Source: the human T2T-CHM13v2.0 reference genome, Homo sapiens | DNA: 64,000 nt | NCBI RefSeq assembly: GCF_009914755.1 | Contig: NC_060931.1 | Strand: one strand, 5' to 3' | Shown: positions 1 to 45,279 of the stretch, one piece after another | Numbering within the stretch: the stretch's first letter is position 1 | Layout: every line of letters begins with the position of its first letter | Notes under the pieces: generated by a model | Told to the model about the DNA's origin: nothing | The model's input: only the letters and a program-made list of their open reading frames with translations | Database searches by the model: none | Program-made: the position numbers and the translations under genes

Positions 1-478
<478 letters not shown>

Positions 479-1354
479 TGAATTGCAATCTTCTACTTAC
501 ACATCTTCCTAACTAAACAGTTTCTAAAGATCAGAGATCCTATATTTTCCCCCTTAATCTCTTTAATGTACATAAACAATGGAATGAATAAATCAATGAA
601 TGAATGGCTGAGGAAACTGAACTACACCAAAGTGTATTGGCAGACTACCAGACTTTTTAAACAGCTTTATTAAGATATAATTCACATACCATGCAAATCA
701 TAGGGTGGTGCAATCACCACCACAATCTAATTTTAAACTATCTTTATGGTGCTACAAAAAAGCCTATAACCATGACCAGTCACTTTCTATTCCCCACCCC
801 CAAACCCACTCCCTAGCCCTAGGCAACCACTAATCTACCTTCTCAGACCGTTAACTTTAGCATAGGTATAAGTCGATCACAGAGCCACAAAATCCACCCG
901 ATATCTGGGCCATGATGTGAAATTTGGTAGGTAATCGTCCCACGTTTTCAATTTGTAACATAGAAATGGAGGGGGGAGGGACTCACAACCGCTAGTAGCG
1001 TTTGTGAAAAGTACCTGGTAACAGGCTGTGCTGGAGGGGAATTCAGCCCCCATAAAAGATCACGGATTAGGAATTACGTAAGCATAGGTCTCGGGCCCTT
1101 TTATCTTGGACGCGATCCTTCCACGGGATCGCCTCCGGATGGATGTGGCGCTGGGAGCCACGCGGAAAACCTCAAGAGTCAGAAACAGGCGTTAAAGGCA
1201 GGCGGCATTTTCCAAACCAGTTGGGTCTCGGGCGCTGCCGGGCGGTAGCGTCTCCCGGAGTCGCGCGCGCATGACGTAGAGGGCGCGCGATGACGCGACG
1301 CGCGGCGCGGTGCACGCTGGGATATTTAAGTCTCCTCCGCGGCGCGGAGCCGCG

Positions 1355-22464
<21,110 letters not shown>

Positions 22465-24505
22465 CCTTTGTCCCCTGTCCCTGTTCCCCCCACCCCTTCC
22501 CTAAATCTGGACCTTGGCACCTGCTAGGAAGAGCCTTGGACCCTTCCAGTTGCGTAAAGCAAACCTACCCCGGATCTCTGGCTTCAGCCGCCAGGGGGCA
22601 GTGGCAGCCCTGGGGCCCTTTCCCTTCTGGAGGAAGCACAAGCCTCAGGGAAGGGGAAGCAGGATGCGGAGGGCCAAAGCCCGGGACCTCTACTTGAACA
22701 GTTCTACTGGGGAGGCTGGAGAACTAAGGAAACACCTGTACATAGTGTCCGCTGCCCTGACTCCCGCTTAGCACACCCTTAGGCAGGCGCCCCTTCCACC
22801 TTTCCCCGAGACCGTCGTCGCTGGAGGGGGCAGGGTCCAGCCCGCCTGGATCGGTGGTGTGCACCTGATGGGATTTGGGAAATGGGCTATCCGTAAAGCT
22901 TTATCTTGCTTGGCTTAGCTGTGAGAAGTGGTTCTCTTCCTCTGGTCCCTTCTGGGGACTCTGTTTCCCCATTTCTTGCTGCTGTGTCCCTCACCAGTTC
23001 CTTGCAGGATTCCTTCGTTTTTAAATGCCCTTGAATCTAGCTTTGCCTTGGAGACCCCAGTGGGTGCTGCTCCTGCCGTTTTCTTCCTGCCAAGCCTGAA
23101 TCAATGTTTCATCTCCAACCCTCTGCCAGTTTGGCCCCTCAGAGCTTGGTGGCTCAAGACTGTTAGCCTGGCAGAGCCAGGGGTGAAGGGAGAAGCTCTT
23201 GGAGCAGGCAGGATGCCCACCGCTGCTTCAGCTGCCTCCTCGCCCAGCTACCCTTTGGCCCCATTGGGCCCTCGTCTGCCTCTCCAGGATTGTATGTTTC
23301 AAGCCTTGTCCTGTGTTCCTTTGTCTGATGCTCTGTGTATTGCTCTTTGAATTGAGTTTGGAGGAAGAGTTGAGTTGTATGAGTGGCGGCATGTTGGTAG
23401 TGCCGGACTTCCTGTTTCAAGTTTTCTGGGGCCTCGCTAATTGAATGTGGAAAGTAGCACCACTTGACGGCTACAAGTGCCGACTCCTGAATTTTCCCAT
23501 GGTGTTCTGACTTCAAGGGCTGGCAGCCAGGGAGAATGGGCCCAGGGGAAGCAAAGACCTCTTCCCTCTGCCGTTTCTGTCCCACTTAACTGACCTCACT
23601 GGAGGCTACATCACCCAAAGTAGATGTTAGAAAACCTAAATTAATGAACCATATTTTTAAAATCCTATTTTTCCCAAACAGGGCCCTCTGCAGCCCATCC
23701 TTTCCTTCCGTCCTTCTGAAACCACATACCCCAGGCCCAAGCGCCTTGCTGCCACGCCCAACCTCTTTGGGAGAAGTATGAATGCGTGTGTCTAAATTAA
23801 AAGAAAAAAATATTTAAACGTTTTTTAACAAAAATTTATTTTTGTATTTAAGCTAAATTGCCTTTTAAATTCCTTCAAGCTTGGTTCATTGAGGTGGTTA
23901 AGTATAAATGCTATTAACTAGGAATTAGCTGTATAGTTAAGTTATGCCTGTGCAAAGAAGAGGCTCAAATGCTGTCCCCGGCAGCTTTCCTGGGGGACTA
24001 GAGCTCCTTCTGGCCATGTTATATGAAATGTAATTCTTATTTTATAAATAATGTGATGTAAATGTAACTGGTGCCCCCTCCCCGATGTGACTGAGGGTGA
24101 GTGAGTGGTGGCGGGGCTGCTCCTTCCCACCCCTCAGAACAGCTCTGATCCTCGTTAATACCTGGCTGCGTGTGCAGCTGAGGAGGGAGTGAACCTCAAG
24201 CCTAAATACCTGTTAGGATTGGAGGGTCTGGGTGGGCCTGGGCCTAGCAATCAAGCTTCTACCTGTACCTTATGTAAGGTAGACCCTCCTAGTGTCAGTA
24301 CCTGAGCTAGTTTACCTCAGTTCCGCAGGCAGGACAGCCGGTCCGGGAACCCTGAGTGAGAATGAGTGTGGATGTGTACAGTACACGCACTGGACGGCAG
24401 CGGGAGGCTGGGACTTTCCATTACAAATAGAGACTTCATTCCTGTTGAGTCTAGTTGGAATTTTTAGTATGAATGTGAGATTTTTCTCCTGCTTGTGACA
24501 TTAAG

Positions 24506-24511
24506 AATAAA
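24506..24511 (+). terminator. POM121 polyadenylation signal AATAAA (about 2-kb 3' UTR from 22465)
   Basis: Canonical AATAAA at the end of a repeat-free, partly AU-rich 3' UTR. Confidence 0.7.
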
Positions 24512-24544
24512 AAACTGTGATCTATCGTAGAGTACGTTCTGCAT

Positions 24545-24550
24545 TTTATT
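24545..24550 (-). terminator. NSUN5P2 polyadenylation signal (TTTATT on +)
   Basis: Minus-strand AATAAA about 65 nt after the residual-ORF stop at 24614. Confidence 0.7.
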
Positions 24551-24613
24551 TCTGCAGGCAACACTTTTGCTCACCAGCAAGAACACAGCCCGAGGAAGGG
24601 ACCCAATAACCTT

Positions 24614-26485
<1,872 letters not shown>

Positions 26486-27443
26486 TCAACGGTCCATTCA
26501 TGCAACAAATGTTACCACAGCTATGGAGAAATCAACAGGGTGATAAGGGAATCCGGGATCCGCAGTTGAGGGAATGGGTTGTCAAGCCAGACTGATGGGT
26601 CAGGAGCCCCCTCTACTGTTTACCAGCAGTGGGAGCCTGGGCAAGTGATTCAATCTCAAGCCCCACTGGCATCTCTGTAAAATAGTAGGTGTGAGGATTC
26701 AATGAGCCAATATATCCAAGATACTTACGTGCCACAATTTAATAAATGTTAGCTATTCCTGTTGAAGCATAACCTTGGAGAAAGGTTACTTTACAGGGGG
26801 GTGAGGAGTGGGGAAGTGAGAGCTGAGCTCATTCTTGATGGATGAGGAGTTAGTCATGTGAGGCGCTTAGGTTAAAACTACATTCACTATAACTCAGTAA
26901 AGCAGTCCCGCCCACTCTCCGACCCATGCAGAAATAGGCCTAGAGAGTCACATGTCTCAGTTCAGAAATCTATCGAAGTGGCAGAGCTGGAATTCAAACA
27001 CAAGCAGCCGTTCTCTGCTATTCCACCCTGGTGTCCAAGCAACATGGTAGGGCAGAAGGAAGAGGATCTTACAAAGAGTAAGGGAAAGGGAGAGGGGCAG
27101 AGGCTGCTTCTCAGAGCCACCAAAGGACAAAATAAGACAGGTGTGAGCCCAGTGGAGGAGGCACGGGGCAGAGACCAGCCACTGTTGCTGGCACGCTGGT
27201 GCACGTAGCACTGTGGCAGATGGACCTGGAGAGGAAGCAGGAGGGACAGCACAATGGAGCCAAGAAAGGACTTAGCATGGCCGGGCGCGGTGGTTCATGC
27301 CTGTAATCCCAGCATTTTGGGAGGCCAAGGTGGGCAGATCACCTGAGGTCAGGAGTTTGAGACCAGCCTGGCCAACATGGAGAAATCCCGTCTCTACTAA
27401 AAATACAAAATTAGCCAGGCATGGTGCTGCATGCCTGCAATCC

Positions 27444-28426
27444 TGTAGGGAAAAGAAAGAGAGATCAGACTGTTACTGTGTCTGTGTAGAAAGGGAAGAC
27501 ATAAGAAATTCCATTTTGACCTGTACCTTGAACAATTGGTTGGCTGAGATGCTGTTAATTTGTGACTTTGCCCCAAATTTGAGCTCACAAAAACATGTGT
27601 TGTATGGAATCAAGGTTTAAAGGATCTAGGGCTGTGCAGGACATGCCTTGTTAATAAAACGTTTACAAGCAGTATGCTTGGTAAAAGTCTTCGCCGTTCT
27701 CTAGTCTCAATAAACCAGAGGCACAATGTACTGTGAAAAGCTGCAGGGACCTCTGCCCTGGAAAGCCAGGTATTGTCCAAGGTTCTCCCCATGTGATAGT
27801 CTGAAATATAGCCTCATGGGATGAGAGGCTGTGCCCCAGCCCGACACCCGTAAAGGGTCTGTGCTGAGGTGGATTAGTAAAAGAGGAAAGCCTTGCAGTT
27901 GAGATAGAGGAAGGGCACTGTCTCCTGCCTGCCCCTGGGAACTGAATGTCTCGGTATAAAACCCGATTGTACATTTGTTCAATTCTGAGATAGGAGAAAA
28001 ACCACCCTATGGCGGGAGGCGAGACATGTTGGCAGCAATGCTGCCTTGTTATGCTTTACTCCACAGATGTTTGGGCGGAGGGAAACATAAATCTGGCCTA
28101 CGTGCACATCCAGGCATAGTACCTCCCTTTGAACTTAATTATGACACAGATTCCTTTGCTCACATGTTTTTTTGCTGACCTTCTCCTTATTATCACCCTG
28201 CTCTCCTACCGCATTCCTTGTGCTGAGATAATGAAAATAATAATCAATAAAAACTGAGGGAACTCGGAGACCAGTGCTGGTGCAGGTCCTTGGTATGCTA
28301 AGTGCCAGTCTCCTGGGCCCACTGTTGTTTCTCTATACTTTGTCTCTGTGTCTTATTTCTTTTCTCAGTCTCTTGTCCCACCTGATGAGATATCCCACAG
28401 ATGTGGAGGGGCAGGCCACCCCTTCA
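27444..28426 (+). mobile_element. HERV-K (HML-2) solo LTR5 (LTR5A/B-type), 983 bp, inserted into an Alu
   Basis: Begins TGTAGGGAAAAGAAAGAGAGATCAGACTGTTACTGTGTC and ends GGGGCAGGCCACCCCTTCA. 6-bp TSD CAATCC (27438-27443) / TAATCC (28427-28432). Splits an Alu (27279-27443 + 28427-28573) at gcctg(t)aatcc|cagctact. AATAAA at 28246. Confidence 0.92.
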
Positions 28427-30032
28427 TAATCCCAGCTACTCAGAAGGCTGAAGCAGGAGAATCGCTTGAACCCAGGAGGCAGAGGTTGCGGTGAGCCGAG
28501 ATCGCGCCAGGGCACTCCATCCAGCCTGGGAAACAAGAGCAAAACTCTCTCAAAAAAAAAAAAAAAAAAAAAAGGCTTAGCAGAGGAGTAATGCATCAGA
28601 TCTGCCTTTAGAGCTTCCTACAGTCAACCTCAAGGAAAATGCAGTGAGACAGTCTGGAAGCAGAGAGACCAGTCTGGGAAGTTCTTGTGGTCATCCCAAT
28701 AAGAAATGAGTGCTTAACCTAGGCAGTGTCCGGGGGAATTAAGAGAAAGGAGTGGAGGCCGGGCACTGTGGCTCACGCCTGTAATCCCAGCACTGTGGGA
28801 GGCCAAGATGGGCAGATCACCTGACGTCAGGAGTTTGAGACCAGCCTGGTCAACATGGTGAAACCTCATCTCTACTAAAAATACAATAATTAGCTGGACA
28901 TGGTGGTGGGAGCCTCTAATCCCAGCTACGCAGGAGGCTGAGGAAGGAGCATTGCATGAACCTTGGAGGTAGTGAACCAAGATCATGCCACTGCACTCCA
29001 GCCTCGGTGAGAGTGACAGAGCGAGACTCAGTCCTAAAAAAAAAAAAAAAAAAGGAGTGGAGCTGAGAAAGATGCTCAAGGTGGAGGAGTAAATGATTGG
29101 AGGGAGGGGAAGGAAGCACCTAGGATGACTCGGTTTCTGGCTTGACCAAATGGGTGGAAAACGGTGACATCTGTTAGATTAAACTGGGGATGTACTAAGT
29201 GTAAAGTCTGAGAGGAAAGATGAATGCAGCGACTGTGGCATCTGTGGTGCATTCATGTGAACCTAAGGAGGGAAGAATGCAAAAGGGAAGTCTACACTGG
29301 GCGGTGAGAATCACCAGGTGGGAGGCAGGAGCTAAAGTTAGAGAAAAAACGGAGAGCTCCGGAAGAATGTAGGATGGGGCTCCTAGGAGTTCGATGTTTA
29401 AGGGATGCGAGGAAAACAAACCTTGGAGATGGAGAAACTGCTGGAAAGGTAGGAACAAAGCCCAGAGAGCAAAGTCACAACTATCCAACCACTTCTCTTC
29501 CCAGTACCCCAGACACCTCCCTAGATGAGGACAGCCAGGGCTCTAAGCTCTCACCTGGAAGCCCGACCCTGATAGGAGAAACCTTGTCTCTTGAAATAAC
29601 TACATAAACGGAGCAGGTCTTGAGAGTGTTCACACGCACAAATCGAGGCAGCTGGGAGGCTAGGTAGGACGCAATGAGCAGTGAGTAGGCAGGAGCAAAG
29701 TTCCCCACCTCCCCCGCCCCTCAACTCCTTCCAGCTCACCTGGACCAGGCCTGGATCCCACTTCCAACAGGTCCTCATGCCAGCTCACACCCCGAAGAAC
29801 CTTGAGCCGAGCCAACTCAACACCTCGCCTGGTGCCGTCCCAACAGAGCCTTCCATTGGCCCCCACCCCCTCGAAAGCCCTTTCCCAACAACTCATACAC
29901 TAGCACCTGGGGATGAGGGATCAAAGACAGAAACGCCCTAAGCAAGAAGTATGAATGCCTTAGAACTAACTCTAATAGAGCCCGGGCACTGGAATGGCTA
30001 AAGAGATCACCTGACTAGATGGTTACAGATAA

Positions 30033-31170
<1,138 letters not shown>

Positions 31171-31316
31171 TCTCCAGTTCTTCAGTCTTTGTCAATCTGA
31201 TGGATAAATAATGGGATTTTACTGCTGTTTAACCGCAGTTATTGCGTTGAATATGTTCACATGTGTATTGGTCATTTCATATATATATGTGTGTGTGTAT
31301 TATGTGTGTATGTGTG

Positions 31317-31348
<32 letters not shown>

Positions 31349-32363
31349 CCAGACAAAAAGACTCACTCTGTCGCGCAGTGTCGCGATCTTGGCTCACTGC
31401 AACCTCCGCCTCCCAGGTTCAAGCAATTCTCCTGCCTCACCCTCTGGAGTAGCTAGGACTACAGGCCCGTGCCACCACGCCCGGCTAATTTTTGTATTTT
31501 TAGTAGAGACGGGGTTTCACCATGTTGGCCAGGCTGGCCTCGAACTCCTGACCTTAGGTGATCTGCCCACCTCGGCCTCCCAAAGTTTTGGGATTACAGG
31601 CGTGAGCCCCCACGCTGGCCATAATTATGTGTCTCTGTTTATTGTCTTATCTTCCTCTGCCATGTGTCCTCCAATGGCTGTGTTCTCAGGGAGGATTTTT
31701 CTGTGTAATGGCAGAAAAGGTCCTAGCAACTCCAGGTCCACAATGTGGTTCATGATACCTGCCACTCACCCTGCACCAGTAACCACATTAGTCCCAGAGC
31801 CAAGCAAGAAAGCACACGGGGTATTTGGGTACCTGAAATGGGCCGGTTTGGCCAAATTAAATGATGTAGTTATGATCCAGGCCTCAAAGCCACAATAACG
31901 GTTTTGTTTTTGCTTTTGATGAGGTCCCACTCCGTCACCCAGGCTGGAGTGCAGTGGCACCGTCATAGCTCACTGCAGCCTCGAACTCCAGGGCTCAAGT
32001 GATCCTCCCACTTCACCCTCCAAGTAGCTGGGACTACAGACGTGCACCACCACACCCAGCTAATTTTATCTTTTGTAGAAATGCGGTCTCACCATGTTGC
32101 CCATGGATGGTCTCGAACTCCTGGCCTAAAGTGATCTTCCCACCTCGGCTTCCCAAAGCAGTGATTACAGGCATGAACCACTGTGCCCAGCGAGGATTTT
32201 GTTCTTTCATCTTGAGATAAATGGTAGTCCTCTTAAGGGTTTTAAGTCATGGAGTGCTGTGTTCATGTATACTTCTTTAAAGATCAGTCTGGCCAGGTGC
32301 GGTGGCTCACACCTGTAATCCTAGCACTTTGGGAGGCCAAGGCAGGTGGATCACTTGAGGTCA

Positions 32364-32594
<231 letters not shown>

Positions 32595-32869
32595 TCAGTC
32601 TGGTTACAGTGTGGGGATATAGGATGGAGGGGACAGAGTTGAGGCAGGGAGAGACCAATGGGGGTCATGGCAGTCACCTAAACAAGAACTGGTGGCCTGG
32701 ACTGAGTTGGTGGCAGTGGAGTTCGGTTGAAGTTGGCAGTGTGACCGCTAAGTTAAATCCACAGAACTTGCTCAGGAAAAAGGACAGGTCGAGAATAACT
32801 CATAGGTTTTCAGTTTGGGCAGTTGACACAATGCTGCTGTGTCTTTTGGTAGGATGGGGAAACCTGGGG

Positions 32870-33645
32870 TGGTGGAGTGAACAACGGCCACCCAGAGAGA
32901 GCAGGTCCTAATTCCTAGAGCCTGGAAATGTCACCTTCTATGGAAGAGATCTGTAGGAGTGATCAGGGGAAGGATTTGGAGAGAAGGTTATCCTGGATTA
33001 TCTGGGCAGGTCCTGCATGGCATCACAAGTATCCCTATAAGAGAGAGGCAGAGGAAGGCCTCTCTTATAGGGAGAAGCGCAGTGGGTCACACCTGTAATC
33101 CCAGCACTTTGGGAGACTGAGGCTGGTGGATCCCTTGAGCCCAGGAGTTCACAACCAGCCTAGCCAACATGGTGAAACCACGTCTCTACTAAAAATACAA
33201 AAATTTGCTGAGTGCACGCCTGTAATCCCAGCTACTCAGGGGGCTAAGTTAAGGGAATTGCTTGAACCTGGGAAGTGGCGGTTGCAGTGAGCCGAGATCA
33301 CACCACTGCACTCCAGCCTGGGCAACAGAGTGAGACTCTGTCTCAAAAAACAAAAAATAAGAGAGAAGCAGAGGAAGATTAGACCGGCACATACAGAAAA
33401 GGCCACGTGAAGATGGAGGCAGAGATTGGAATGATGCGGTCACAGGCCAGGAAACACCAGGGCATGGCAGCCACCACCTGAAGCTGAAGAGGAAAGGGGC
33501 AGGTTTTCCCCGACAGTCTCCAGAGGGAGCGCGGCCTTGCCATCATCGTGATCTTGGACATCTGGCCTTCAGAACCATGAGAGATTAAATTTGTTTGAAG
33601 CCACCAAGTTTGTGGTCATTTGTTACAGTAGCCACAGGACACCAC
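32870..33645 (+). mobile_element. MLT1-family (ERVL-MaLR) LTR interrupted by an Alu (about 33075-33360)
   Basis: Typical MLT1 motifs: atcctggattatctggg, gaagatggaggcagagattgga, ctccagagggagcgcggcc, ccaccaagtttgtggtcatttgttacag. Confidence 0.75.
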
Positions 33646-34729
33646 AGCCACAGGATAAATCTCAGGGATGGGGGAGTAGGAAGATCATGAGCGCGGTTTT
33701 GGACATGCCCTTGACGTCCAGGCGGAGCTGCTGAATGGCTGGAGCGCTACTGGATGTGGCCTGTAAGGGACGGGTCTCCCGGAGAGGGAACTTCTGAGTC
33801 ATCCCTGTGGAAGTGATGACTGGAGCTATGGGTGTGGAGGGGTAGACAGCCAGAAGAGGAGCCTGGAGGCCCTCAGACCATAAGTGGTGAGGACGAGAGG
33901 CTGAATCCTCAAAGGAGACCGAGGAGAGGCAGGAGGAGAGGCAGGGCTGTGGGGAGGCTGAGGGTTGCTGTTCACCCCTGCTAGGCTCCCTCATGCCCTC
34001 TCACTGGTCTGTGCACCCAGTTTGACTTCCAGTGGCCCGAGCCAGCATCTTGGTTAGAAGGCTACCCCGGAGCTTCCAGGACCCACTTAGCCTATGAGTA
34101 TCGTGAATCAAAGGGTTATGGGAGGCTAAGCACAGTGGCTCACACCTATAATCCCAACACTTTGGGAGGCCAAGGTGGGAGGATTGCTTGAGGCCCAGAC
34201 CAGCCTGGGTAACATAGCAAGATCCCATCTCTACTAAAAATTTAAATATTAGCTGGGTATGGTAGCAGACACTTGTCGTCCCAGCTACTCAGGAGGCTGA
34301 GGCAGGAGGATCACTTGAGCCTGGGAGGTCAAGGCTGCAGTGAGCTACAGTTGCACCACTGCGCTCCAGCCTGGGTGACAGAGCAAGATCCTGTCTCTAA
34401 AAATAAAGACTCAAGGCTGGGCACGGTGGCTCACGCCTGTAATCCCAGCACTTTGGGAGGCCGAGGCAGGCGAATCATTTGAGGTCAGGAGTTCGAGACC
34501 AGCATGGTCAACATGGCAAAACCCCATCTATATTAAAAATAAAAAAATTAGCTGAGCATGGGGTGCACACCTGTAATCCCAGCTACTCGGGAGGCTGAGG
34601 CAGGAGATCACTTGAACCTGAGAGGTGTAGGTTGCAGTGAGCTGAGATCGTGCCACTGCACTCCAGCCTGGGTGACAGAGCGAGACTCCATCTCAAAAAA
34701 AAAAAAAAAAAAAGCAGACTTGAGCATAA

Positions 34730-35144
<415 letters not shown>

Positions 35145-35722
35145 TGAGAAACAAGGAGTCTCCCATAAACAGGGAGTGAGGAAGGCTTGGGAACTGCACG
35201 TGTTCGTTTGTTGGGTCTAGAACATGGATCCGCTCTCTTCCCACAATCTGCAGAGCAAGTTTCAGGCAGGGCTGATACTGCCTGCTGCGCAAGGGTGAGG
35301 ACGGTAAGCAAGGGATGCCTGGTGCTCCTGGATGTTGCTTCTGGCCATTTCCCACCTCTCCCAGCTCCCACTCCTCCTGATATCCTGACTTACATCCAGC
35401 CACCCTGAACTTCTCATAACCAGAGTCCGCACGCCACTCCCCCTTTTACAGGACTGTTCCCTCGGCTTGCCTGGCAAACTCGGGTCCTGGGCCCTTCTCA
35501 GCCATCAGGCGTGTGCCCCTCTGCCAGGCCTCCCAGACACCTGCTCCTCCTCTAGTGTTTTGTTTTCTGAGACAGGGTCTCGCTCTGTCACCCAGGCTGG
35601 ATCATGCAGTAGCATGATCATGACTCACTGCAGCATCAAACTTTGGGCTCAAGCAATCCTCCCACCTCAGCCTTATGAGTAGCAGGGACTATAGGCGCAT
35701 GCCACCATGCCCAACTAATTTT

Positions 35723-35728
35723 TTTATT
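35723..35728 (-). terminator. Candidate TRIM74 poly(A) signal within an Alu A-rich linker
   Basis: First minus-strand AATAAA I found after the TRIM74 stop (about 380 nt); lies in the Alu at about 35560-35850. Confidence 0.5.
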
Positions 35729-35987
35729 TTTGTATTTTTTGTAGAGACGGGGGTGTTACTACATTGGCCAGGCTGGTCTCGAACTCCCGGCCTCCAGCAA
35801 TACTCCTGCCTTGGCCTCCCAAAGTACTGGGATTGCAGGCATGAGCTACCCTCCTCTAGTATTTCTGTAGCTTGAGTGAACTTCTGCTGTTCTAGGTACC
35901 CACAGTTCACCATCTGCCTCCCCACCTGTCTGCGAGACCCTTGAAGGCAGGGACGTGACTTTCCTCTATCTTCCCCAGGCTCAGTTA

Positions 35988-42388
<6,401 letters not shown>

Positions 42389-42607
42389 TCACTGCCCGGG
42401 CTGAAACACAGGCATCCGACCTCAGTCCTGTCCACTCCCCTCCCCCTGTCCAGCACTCACCCACCACCCTCAACCCTAAGGAGCACCAGAATTTTATAAG
42501 AAACACTTTGAGTCCTGGATCCCAGTCCTAACCCACATGACCTTGGGCCTCAGTTTCCACAGCTGTAAAACAAAAGACTGCAGTGAAAAAACTGGTCCCT
42601 TGAAGAT

Positions 42608-42609
<2 letters not shown>

Positions 42610-42645
<36 letters not shown>
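42610..42645. repeat. (GT)18 microsatellite in TRIM74 intron 1
   Basis: Pure dinucleotide run. Confidence 0.95.
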
Positions 42646-42646
<1 letters not shown>

Positions 42647-43440
42647 TACATTTTTTACTCAAATTTGGAGACAAGCATGAAAGGGGCCATCTGCAGGGTC
42701 ATTTGCAGTGACACTAATAATGCAAGGTCCAGCCCCAGCATGCATCCGGACCTAGAACTGAACAGCAAAACCTAGGCAAGCTCCCCACCTTCTAGATCAG
42801 TTCCCAAACTTTCAGGAAACTGTTGAAAGCATAGGTGTAATAGAGATTCTAGAGGCCCACCTTCAAAGGATCTGCTTCAGGGGGTCTCCAGTGAGACCCA
42901 GAACTCTACACTTATAGGTGACACTCCCAGGTAATTCTAGAGAGCCTGGAACCTACAAGGCCTCTACCCTGATCTCCCACCTGCTCCCCTATGAAAGCTT
43001 GTCAGTGAGACAGAAGAAGCACCAGAAGCCCCCAGCGAGAGCCCGACATTGGAATACCTAGCTTCTCAGGATCCACTGGGCCTCCCACTATGGCCTCAAG
43101 CCAGCATCACTGGCTTTTCTTCTTCCCAGCAGGGAACAGCAGGCACAGAGTCAGAAGTGGGAAGTGCAGCTGGACGCCTGCACCACTGCCTGGTCTCTGC
43201 CCCTTCTCTCCTCCCCTTCCCCAGCAACACCCCTGTGTCCCCAAGGTCACCAGAATCAGGTGGAAACTGGGTTACATCACAGGACTGGGGAGGCAGCCTT
43301 TGTTGGGCCTGCTCTGATAACATTCAAGTGCTGGCCTTGGCCACTGTGGAGGAGGGGCAGAAACAGAGGGACTAGGCACACTGTCCACACCTCACGACCC
43401 CGACAGGAGCAGACAGGTGCTGGGAAACAGTTCTTTCTGA

Positions 43441-43653
<213 letters not shown>

Positions 43654-44852
43654 TAAAATTTTTTTTGTAGATACCGGGTCTTGCTTTGTTGCCCAGGCTG
43701 GTCTTCAACTTCTGGGCTCAAGCAATCCTCCCACCTTGGCCTCCCAAAGTGCTGGGATTACAGGCATGAGCCTTATTGCACGCAGTCTTCCTTCTCTCTC
43801 TCTTTTTTTCTAATACAAACTGGCAGATGATGGTTCGATCTCTCGAATTTTTTTTTTTATTTTATTGTTTTATTTACTTTAGTAGAGACAGGGGTCTCAC
43901 TTTGTTGCCTGGGCTGGTTTTGAACTCCTGGCCTCAAGCAATCCTCCTACCTCAGCCTCCCAAAGTGCTGGGATTACAGGTGTGAGCCGCCGAACCTGGC
44001 CTCTTTTTTTTTTTTTTTTAAAAGATTTGAAGGTATCTTTATTTACTTATTTAGATTTTTTAAATCGAGGTATAACATATACAAGTGTGCAAATCTTAAC
44101 CACACAGCTTGATAAACACTTGATGTATATACGTGCACTCTCAAGAGCAAGATGTACAGTGTTTCCAGAAAGCTCCCTCCTGCCTCCTTCCAGTCATAAC
44201 TCCTAACAAGGACAGCCACTGTCCTTATTACCATGTTGTCATGTGGCCTGTTTTTGAATGTCACATAAACAGCATCATATAGAATGTACCCTTTTGTGTC
44301 TGGTTTCTTTCACTCAATAATATTAAATTGTGAGTTTTTTTTTAATGTGAAGTCTTTCAACGTTTAGAAATTCAATGACACTCTGTTATACAGGTTTTGT
44401 TTGTTTGTTTGTTTATTGAGACAGAGTTTTGCTCTTGTTGCCCAGGCTGGAGTGCAGTGGTGCAATCAGGCTCACTGCCACCTCCACCTCCCGGATTCAA
44501 GTGATTCTCCTGCCTCAGCCTCCCAAGTAGCTGAGGTTACAGGCGCCTGCCACCACACCGGCTAATTTTTTGTATTTTTAGTAGAGAGGCGGTTTCATCA
44601 TGTGGGCCAGGCTGGTCTCAAACTCCTGACCTCGAGTGATCTACCCACTCTGGTCTCCCAAAGTGCTGGGATTACAGGTGTGAGCCACCGCGCCCAGCCT
44701 GTTACACAGTTAATGAATATTATGGTCATAATATACTGCTGTGGTTTGAATGTATCCTCCTAATTTCATGTGTTGGAAACGTAACCCCCAATGGGGCAGT
44801 ATTGAAAGTTGGCTGTAGCCTACGCCTATAATCCCAGCACTTTGGGAGGTCA

Positions 44853-45053
<201 letters not shown>

Positions 45054-45279
45054 TCACTGAACTCCAGCCTGGGCTCAGAGCGAGCCTCTGTCAATCAATC
45101 AATCAATCAATCAATCAGTGTCTTGTCTGGGCCTAAATTCTCTAGAATACAATGGAAGAGGGAAAGTGAAAGAAGGTGGAAGTAACCCACAGCTGGGAGC
45201 CCTGAACCCTGCTGGTGGCAGGTGGCTCTCGTGTCCTCACCAGGTTGCCCTGCAATCACATGCTGCATCCTTTTTCCTG

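Noticed and set aside
1310-1354. 15-codon N-terminal extension of POM121 in the ORF track
   Set aside because: Starts at GTG upstream of the TATA-like element. ATG 1355 gives the expected 1249 aa.
35263-35300. Hammerhead ribozyme core in the duplicated 77-bp element
   Set aside because: CTGATAC differs from CUGANGA, and there is no correctly placed GAAA or three-stem arrangement.
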